From the human T2T-CHM13v2.0 reference genome, Homo sapiens, in assembly GCF_009914755.1 (NCBI RefSeq), contig NC_060929.1: DNA of 64,000 nt; one strand, 5' to 3'. Both the position numbers and the translations under genes were made by a program. The notes under the pieces are model-generated. The model searched no databases, was not told the origin of the DNA, and saw nothing but the letters and a program-made list of their open reading frames with translations. The first letter of the stretch is position 1. Each line of letters opens with the position of its first letter. Positions 54,801 to 64,000 of this stretch are shown here, one piece after another.

Positions 54801-57204
54801 ACCACCAATTAAAACCAAGATGTCTTTGATCTGTCAGTCAGGTTCTGTAGAGGGAACACTATGCCGATTTTGCTTCTTGCTATTTTCCTCAGTGTTCACT
54901 CCCTACCTCATGGTAAACAGCAAGTGGTGTCCATGGAGCGCATGGACGATGGTCTAACATCTTTATATAATAGCACCAGAAGCTATCCATGAAGAAAAGC
55001 AGTGGTTGCAGAGACTAGCAGGAAGTCAACCTCCGTAAGGAAGTGAAGATTTTATGCTGCCATTGCAGATATGGAAGTATCACTTTCCAAGAACATGCCT
55101 TGATATTCTTTTTGCTTATCTTTACAAATTCAGACTTTTTAAAAGATCATTAATACTAAACTTACCCATCACAATGTAAAACTCATTAAAACATTTATAT
55201 TCCACAAGGGTAATTTTCTCTTGATAACTTTTTTACAATAAACCAATTGAAATTTGACTATTTTAATGCCATCTTAGTGTCATTCAGGAATACCAATCCA
55301 AGTGCAAAAAGTGAATTAATTTTATAATCGCTCTCCAAGCCATATTTTTAGGTTTATATCCTCTTCTTACCAATCACCATTATTTTCAGGTTTGTTTTGA
55401 AAAAATATTCCTTTATGTCCTTCCTGTGAAAATTAAAAAAAATATAGCAAGAAGGAAATAAAAACTCTACATATCACCAACCACAGTATTACACAATATC
55501 AATGTTGAAAAGGAATTTCCACTATTTGTTTCTGGAAAGGAGCAGTCATTTTTGATGTTGGGAAGTAATAATTCAGCATATTTTGAGTAACTGGGGATGG
55601 CAACTTCTAAGTAAGTGATCCATTTCATCTCTCATGTTTAGTTACAGTAGTTTTCATGATTTTTAGCTGGAAATTGCTTCCACATAACTTTTCTCCAGAG
55701 GGCTATTTACACTAAATCTAGTCTTTTTTCCTTACTCCTGCCTTCAAATACCTTAAGATAACACTTGTTTTTATATATTTTCTTCATTCCAAGAAGAACT
55801 GGAATGCGAACAATTGAGGGCAATATTATTTTTCAGGGTTGGTGACCACTGGAGATTTATCAAAGATTATCAGCACATTATGGATTTAATAATGATACAT
55901 AAGTTTCAATTAGATGAGGTGTGTTTCCCAACACATCGTTTGCTGATATCTTTCCCGTCCATTTAATATTCTAGGTCTATTTTACATGAATCACTACGGA
56001 AATAACGTAGGTTGTTCTTGAACATGGATGGTTTGTTATTAATTTAATATATATACCTACTAAATAACATTGTTATAAATTCATGCCAAAATTGATGTGA
56101 CAGTATGTAAACCTGAATTCAGATTTTAACATTGATATGTTTCTCAAAGCTTTCAGCAATCCATGTTTCAAATTCTAGATTAAAATCTTGGGTGACATAA
56201 ATGCCATGGGGCGTTTTAGAACTGTTAATTGCAAAAAAGTCACTTTTCAAAATTATTTAAGTCTACAGTTATTCAAGTTTGAACTTTACTGTCAAACCTA
56301 ATTTAGTTTCAATTTAAGACCCTAAAACCATGCAAAGTCAAGCTTTGAGTCATACCCTGGTCTGCACCCTGGAAGCATCCCAGAGCTTCTTACTTCAGGA
56401 AACTTTGAATGTATCTCTTCCTTCATGTGGTAACTGAACTAGTGATCAGGGAGAGTAAGAATAAATAATCACCAGATAATAGTCTTGAAAGAAAAATTAT
56501 GAGGTTCTAACAGCAAATAAAAGAAGCAAGCTAGCTTGAGAATTAGTGAGATTACTATATAAAACAGGTGTAAATGAAATTCTACAAAAGGGAAATCTAA
56601 AAGAGACTAAGTAGATTTCTCTCACTTGCCTTGCTTGAGGAAAATATCAAAGAAATTCCTACACTTGGAACATTTCTTGAAATGAGCAATTAGTAATACA
56701 CATTATACTGACTGGTGATACGCTTTTGTCAGTGATTTATATTTTAATATAGATTAATTGTCTATGTACTAAGAAGGTCTAAAATGCTCTTATTAAGCCA
56801 TCAACATTTTTTTAGAAATGTGTCCTTTATATTAATTGGTACTTACTATTAGATTTTACAAGTAGAAGACATTCACTTAGATTGTTTTTATTCCATCTCT
56901 GAGAGGTGAAATGTCATAGATGATGGAATCTTATTTCAAGATAAGTAGTACACGAGTAATGGTGAATCTCATTTCATTTAGAAATTACAAATAAATGTCA
57001 AACTTTTTCATAAATTGTGATTATTTCTTAACTCTCCAGTAATTTAATTCATGTATGAGATTCTCATACTTATTAGTAAACAGAAATAAATGTCAAAACT
57101 TAGTTATCAGAATATTTCTTACATAGCCATTATTAATTGTTTATACTTCCCAGGAAAAGCACCCATAAGATTTACAATAAAAATTATTATTGTTATTGAT
57201 GTGC

Positions 57205-57735
57205 ATATGTGTCCTGAATACTCTTGCTGAGGGACAATTCTTGTTGTGTGTCTTGCACCTCCAAATGTCTTGTGAAAAGCCATTGGCAGCTTTTTTTTCA
57301 GACTGTTTATCTAAAAATTGTTTGTATAGTAAATATCCTTGGAACATAAACATAGTACGTCCTTCTTGGACAAAAACCATAATTTTGTTTCGTGATCAGG
57401 ATAATAAAGATATTCCCTTTCTCCAGAGAAACGTTGGGCAAGATTGCTCTTACCCCTACATAATTCATGTTTTCCTAAATTTAGTATTCCCCAGCTGTGA
57501 CCCAATCCCACCATATGTATAGCAACTGGGGTGCCCCTCATTGCCTCCAAAGGAATTAGAGGCAGGGACAAGAGAAAGTAATATGAACATGAAGTTTATG
57601 CTGCTTTCAGTGAGTAATAACTAACTTTTCTTCTGGTCCTGGTGCCATGTTTTTTGCTAGCCTCTATGAAACTGTGGGAAGCTAATTGTCGTCTTGCAAA
57701 TAATGTAAAACCTTAGACTGTTCGCAGTATTGATA
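57205..57735 (+). mobile_element. ERVL-type LTR (MER76-like; name tentative)
   Basis: 3' end GAGTAATAA...ATGAAACTGTGG...CTTGCAAATAATGTAAAACCTTAGAC...CAGTATTGATA resembles a recalled LTR U5. Confidence 0.6.
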
Positions 57736-58089
57736 ACTCCCTCTTATGAAGACCCTTGCTACATAACATTTCAATCATGTTTCAATCTGCACTTTCTGAG
57801 TCACACTATATGACAGGCAGGACTAGGGTGATAACTTTCCACTTTTCACTCTGATATCAACAGTTAGATGTCCATCATGAAATTCCTATAATTACTAAGA
57901 CCTCAAGCTTTTCATCATTCTGAAACTTGTCATTTTCTGAGATTAAAAGTTTCATAATATTTTATAGCTGAAAAAGTAATTTTATGTAAATTAGCTAATT
58001 TAAACTTCTGTAAAATCCTGAGGAATATTATCTTAGTTTCTGCTAAGAAAACTATGAGATTCAAAAATGTAATAACATAGCCAGAAGAA

Positions 58090-59650
58090 TACAGTTAATT
58101 AATGGTACCTTGTCACACTCAACACCCCGACTATCACCCAGATGTTTTGATTTTTGCTTTTGTTTTTGTATAATTCTATACTTTTGTGTAATATACATAA
58201 AATGTCTAATATACACCACCATAAAAATTTACAAGACCTTAGACAATGTACAGAATATTTCAGAATTATGTGGCACTATTATCACAAACATGACATTTCC
58301 ATGAATACCTGGTATTTAGTCAGTGAAAGATATTACTAAATATAAATAAAAGAAATTATTCTAAATAATAAACAGGTAGATAAATGTAATATTTAATACA
58401 TTTGAATCACGTGACAATGAAGATACAATACTGCATCTTGAAACTAGTGTGATGCAAATAATATAATGTATTAAAATAATTTTTAACTTTAAATATAAAA
58501 TTTAAGTTAAAATATTAAGGGTTCATATTCAGAAGTTAGAGAAAAGGCAACAAATTAACTTATAGAAAAAAGATAAAGACTTAATACATTAGTGCATAAA
58601 TTATTTAAATAGAAAATTATGGAGAAAAACGTGAAGGAGGAGAAGAGGAAGAGAAGAAAAAAAAGGAGAAAGAAGATGAGAAGGAAAAATATTAGTCTGG
58701 TCAATGTACCACAATGTAGCAGTCTCTCATTGTGAGGTATTACTTGGAGTTCTTTGTCCCACTACCAAGAGAAGTAAGGAGCATGAATACAAAGTGTAAG
58801 CTCGAAGTGAAAGTTTTATAAGCAAAAGAAGAAAGCTCTCCACAGCAGAGAGGGGGCCCAAATGGGTTGCTGTTTTTGCAGTTGAATGTAAAGACTTTTA
58901 CAGGAGACCATAGAGGGTTGGGCATCTCATTTGCATAAGGCACAAACTTCTGGTAGCTCTACCCTGTCCACCTAATGTGCATGCAGGCCCTTAGCATGAG
59001 TTACTCCATGTTGCTTTGTTCCCCTTACTGAGCATTGTCAGGGGATGGAATTTCCATTGCAGGCATGTCTGGAAAAGTCACCTATGTAGACTTTCTTATC
59101 TGTGCAGCTATGGGCATGTCTTAGGCAAGCACTGTGCAAGTTCCCTTATCTGTGCCTGCAGGCTGTTCTTTTGTTTGAAAAGATTCCACTGAGGACCCAC
59201 CCTAACTGCCTGCCTGACTGGGATTTTTCTTTTCTCCTCGTTCAAAAATAAACCAAATTTGGTTCTTTGAAAGGATTAGTAACATTTGTAAACCTCAAGA
59301 CAAATTTAAAAATAAGATATTGCTAAATTAAATAATGGGAATATAAAAGAGAACAGAATATTGAATAGATATTAAATAGAAATACCTCTAATAGTAAACT
59401 TAAAATTGACAAGTGAGTAATTTCCAGGAATGTATACATTTCCACACCTTTTCAATAAAAATTTCCTTATCTTCTTGGCAATATTGAATCATCAGTTTCA
59501 TTAGTAGGCACCAAAAATTTCAAATACTCAGTCAATTTTATAAAATAATCAAATAAAAATAATCTTAATCTTATAAAATTATTTCAGTATACATAAAAGA
59601 GGAAAATGCTTACCAGCTCACCTTATGATTCTGGTAAAATCTTTGCCTCA
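58090..59650 (+). mobile_element. Degenerate L1M ORF2 fragments, split by an LTR9-like element
   Basis: A-rich; CCAAATTTGGTTCTTTGAAAGGATTAGTAACATTTGTAAACCTC matches L1 ORF2. Confidence 0.55.
58715..59244 (-). mobile_element. ERV1 solo LTR, LTR9-like
   Basis: Minus strand begins TGAACGAGGAGAAAAG...CCAGTCAGGCAGGCAGTTAGGGTGGGTCCTC and ends ...CTGCTACA (TG...CA termini). Confidence 0.8.
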
Positions 59651-59678
59651 TATTCTCTATATGCTTGTTAATGACTAA

Positions 59679-60185
59679 TGTGAATGAAGAATAAAATCTT
59701 AAAATCCTAAACTCACTGTGCCAAAGACAAAGTTAAGCTTGGGAATTGTGTCATGCAGAAAACTACCTTCTTTTTGTTCCCAAACAGCTATAATTTTACA
59801 TGCTTGGTTTATCTTAACTAAAATGTAGATGTACTGCCAATGAGACTAGTGCATAATAATCCACTCCCCTCACCCCTTTCTTTTCATATGTAAAATGTAG
59901 ATTCACTGGGTGCTAATCAAAGCCTCAGAAGAATGTAAAAACTTGCCTCAGTGCCTACCCTCTGCCCTCTTTATTTATACTTATTTATTTATGTTTTCGC
60001 TTTTGCTTTCCTCCTCTAGCTTGTTCTTTTCCCTTTAAGTACTGAAGTTTCCAAAACCCTCTTTGGAAAAACACAGTGCACAGATCCTGCTGTAACCTGT
60101 GTTTCTTTTTCCTAGGCACATCTTCAACATTGGAAAAATAATCTTGACTCAGTTGAAATCTACTTCAGTTACATTTTGATTTACA
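59679..60185 (+). mobile_element. ERV1 MER4-group solo LTR
   Basis: TGTGAA...AAGTTAAGCTTGGGAA...TGTAAAATGTAGATTCACTG...TTTACA; TSD-like CTAA/CTAG. Confidence 0.78.
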
Positions 60186-60893
60186 CTAGTAATCACTCAA
60201 GGTAAAAGAAAGGGGAAGAGAGAAAAATGAAAAGGATACTGGAAATCATGCCTATCCCCTTTTACCTGAAATTCTGCTTTCTCACATGCCCCACAGAACA
60301 TTTCATCCTAGGATTCACTGGCCAGCATATCAAAATAATGTCTTCTAGCCCTCTCAAGATGCAAGTGATGTTGGAAAATCCTGGAATGGAAGAGTCACCT
60401 TAGATACAATAAAACTTCAAGCATATTTGAGAATATTTGCAAATGCAAATATTATAGTCATACCACTGCCTCTTCCATAGTCACCAAGCTTGAAGTAGAG
60501 TTAAATTAAACATTGTAAATGTGATGCAGTTTAATTATGCCTCCACCAAAGCCCTTTGATATAACAAACAAAATATAAATTAATTCTTATTCTACTCAAG
60601 TGGACAACACCAAAACATAAATATAATAAACAAATTTTTTCAACAATACCTAGCCAACCATTATTTATGTATGCATGTATTTATTTATTCGTTAAACATA
60701 TATTTGTTGAGTGCATTGTAACAATGACAGTAGCTGGTCATTTTTAGTGTCCACCTAGTGACAGACACTCTTTACAACTTTTGTATATAATAGTTTAGCA
60801 AACAACATATTATGTATCTTTGAAGAGATAGAAAATTATTGGGCCAAAAGCAGCCCCTACATTTCTATGTCAAATTTCTTCATATTATAGTGG

Positions 60894-61600
60894 CATTAGC
60901 AGCAGCAAATCTATATGGGTCTGCAACAACTTAATTCTTGCCTCCTCGAAGGAAGGAATTTGTCCAAGGGCATAAGGCAGAATGAGAGACTGAGGCAAGT
61001 TTCCAAACAGGAGTGACCGTTTATCAAAAAGTTTTAGAACAGGAACAAAAGGAAGTAAGGTACACTTGGAAGAAGGCCAAGCAGGCAACTTGAATGTTCA
61101 AAATATGCCATGTAGTTTTTGACTTGGGGGTATTATACAGTGGTATGATGCTGGGGTTGTGTTTCTTCTCCCCTTATTCTTCCCCTGGGGTGGGCTGTCT
61201 GCACGGGCAGTGGCCTGCCAGCACTTGGGAAGGGCCACATGCACAGTGTGGTTATGGAAGTTGTGTGCATGCTCATTTGTGATGTTTTTCCCTTACCAGT
61301 CGAGTATCCCTAGAGGAATGTCATAGACCAGTTAAACTCCACCATTTTACCTCTTAGTGCTCATGCTTGAGTCCACTCGCCTCACTCCTGCAATCTTATC
61401 AGAAAGTTGCCGATCACCAGCTTCAGGTGTTTTTCTTCTATTGGGAGACTGTCTTTACCTACCACCAGCTATAACCAATTATTATTTTAGAGAGACAGTT
61501 TAACAACCACCTGACCATCACCTGATAGTCACCTGATGTTCCTGGGGGTGGAAGGACATCTCCTGCCTGGTTCATGTCAGCCTATTTACCTACTCTAACA
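60894..61600 (-). mobile_element. MER50-like ERV1 solo LTR
   Basis: Minus strand begins TGTTAGAGTAGGTA; ~707 bp; 4-bp TSD GTGG at 60890-60893 and 61601-61604. Confidence 0.85.
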
Positions 61601-62615
61601 GTGGGAGACTTCATCTCATCATGTTAATGCATTTTCTGGCAATAATTTAAAACCTATTTATTTTCCTGTTATTGGAAGATCATGTGATGATTGTACTCTG
61701 GAAGATTTTTTCATGATAAATTCACATATTAACTCTTTTATAATTTTTACCTATGTCCTGCTACCAGCAGCATACTTATGTTTGCTATGGCTGTAGACAT
61801 CACTTTAGAAAGATTTCAAAAATCATGCCCCATTTACACAGGTATGAGTAAATATGCTTTTAAGTAAAATAATGCTACATTTCTGGAACTCTGGACAGAA
61901 AAAAATCCTACACATCTTGAGAATTTCTGATTAGAGTAGATTAATATAAATAAAAATATTTTATTGTAAGTTTAATAATTGTTAATTGCTAAATGCTTAC
62001 TCATTACTTATTATTAGCGTTCATTAAATGTTTGTTGCATAACAGAGCTATGATGAACCCTTTAATATATTATTTCCTTTGATATCATTTTTCCATCTGG
62101 ACTTGAGAGGAAATTCATGTCTGGTGATTCTTTTCAGCAACTTGTTGTAAGTGACACCAGTAGGAATGTGGAGTGATTGTGTTCCCATACTGTGGTCACT
62201 GATTCTGCTACTGAATTCCTCTTCTAAATGCAAACATGGGCCAGCTCTGCCTAAGACTAGATCACCATATCATCTCCAGATTTTACAGGGAAATTCTTAG
62301 AACCTTTTAATGTCTCATTCTACACCGATCATTGGTCATTGGACACTGAGAAAACCCAAATTTAGGCAATGTACTTAATTTTGGAACATACCTTTTTAAA
62401 AGTACATAAAATATGCCATTCCATCCCTCCATGAATGAGGTGACTGTGTAAGGAGTTTGGACGCACAAAGTGCTGCTGTAAATTGAATGGTTACTTTCCT
62501 CTCTGTCTTTATCTTATTAATGAGAGTATAGTAAAAATTCCAGGAACAGAACAGAGGGAGCCAAGGTTTTGTCTACATATAAATATTCAAATTAAAGTTC
62601 TCCACTTTACAACTA

Positions 62616-62790
62616 ATTTTTTTTTTTTTTTTTTTTGAGATGGAGTCCACTCTGTTGCCCAGGCTGAAGTGCAGTGGTGCAATCTCGGCTCACTGCAACC
62701 TTCGCCTCCCTGGTTCAGAGACTCTCCCGCCTCAGCCTTCCGAGTAGCTGCGATTAAAGGCACCTGCTAAGACGTCCAGCTAATTTTTGT
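62616..62790 (-). mobile_element. Alu right monomer only (left arm missing)
   Basis: T-tail and right arm; stops in the linker at CTAATTTTTGT. Confidence 0.9.
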
Positions 62791-63078
62791 GGTTAACTGC
62801 AGTCTGAAAATAAGTGAGTGCGGTACAATTAGATATTTTGAGAAAAAGAGCACATTCACATAACTCTTATTATAGTATGTTGTTATATTGTTCTGTTTTA
62901 TTATTATTATTGTTAATCTCTTACTGTGCCTAATTTGTAAATTAACCTTTATCATAGGCATGTATGTATAGAAAAAGAAAACCTAGTACTGTATATAGAG
63001 GTTTGGGTACTATCTGTGGTTTCAGGCATCTACTGGAGACCTTGGAACATTTGCCCTGCAGACAAGTGGAGAACACCG
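62788..63078 (+). mobile_element. MER44A-like Tigger MITE lacking its 5' end
   Basis: GGTTAACTGCAGTCTGAAAATAAGTGAGT...AATCTCTTACTGTGCCTAATTT...GGTTTCAGGCATCTACTGG; followed by TA. Confidence 0.8.
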
Positions 63079-63081
63079 TAT

Positions 63082-63220
63082 TTGTTCTCATTTCTCACAA
63101 GAGAAAAAAGTGGCTCAGAGAAGTAAAATAATATGACCAAGCTGAATAACTTGTAAATAAAGCCAATATTTGAACCCACCTCTGCCTAATTCCAAATCAT
63201 ATGCTTGTCTATAACACTAT
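63082..63220 (-). mobile_element. MIR
   Basis: GGCTCAGAGAAGTAAAATAATATGACCAAG...ATTTGAACCCAC. Confidence 0.7.
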
Positions 63221-63221
63221 C

Positions 63222-63907
<686 letters not shown>

Positions 63908-64000
63908 TTAGAGTCTGCATTATTGAAAAATGATTTTTTAGATATGTTTGGATTTTTTATAGTGTTTTACATGAAAAATACATGTGTACAGGCTCTACTC

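Overview
AT-rich primate (very likely human or great-ape) genomic DNA that looks intronic or intergenic. I can support no protein-coding gene, RNA gene or CRISPR array. The only ORF with real homology (11793-12347) is the C-terminus of LINE-1 ORF2 in a 5'-truncated L1PA copy; the other listed ORFs come from Alus, LTRs, microsatellites or chance. The window is mainly a layered transposon record: about 14 Alu/FLAM copies, L1PA/L1PB/L1M, L2, MIR, many solo MaLR, ERVL and ERV1 LTRs (several nested) and MER2, MER44 and MER63 DNA transposons. Repeat subfamily names come from recalled consensus sequences and need RepeatMasker confirmation. The most notable structures are: a recent 231-bp tandem duplication whose junction is a templated fold-back insertion, sitting in a deep L1/Alu nest with a twin-priming inversion (36.7-39.2 kb); an inverted Alu pair only 16 bp apart (63.2-63.8 kb); a candidate TATA/first-exon module on the minus strand (24.8 kb); an unexplained coding-like island (39.5-40.0 kb); and an intact MLT2A LTR retaining a DUX4-type motif. 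I found no convincing evidence of a novel biological system.
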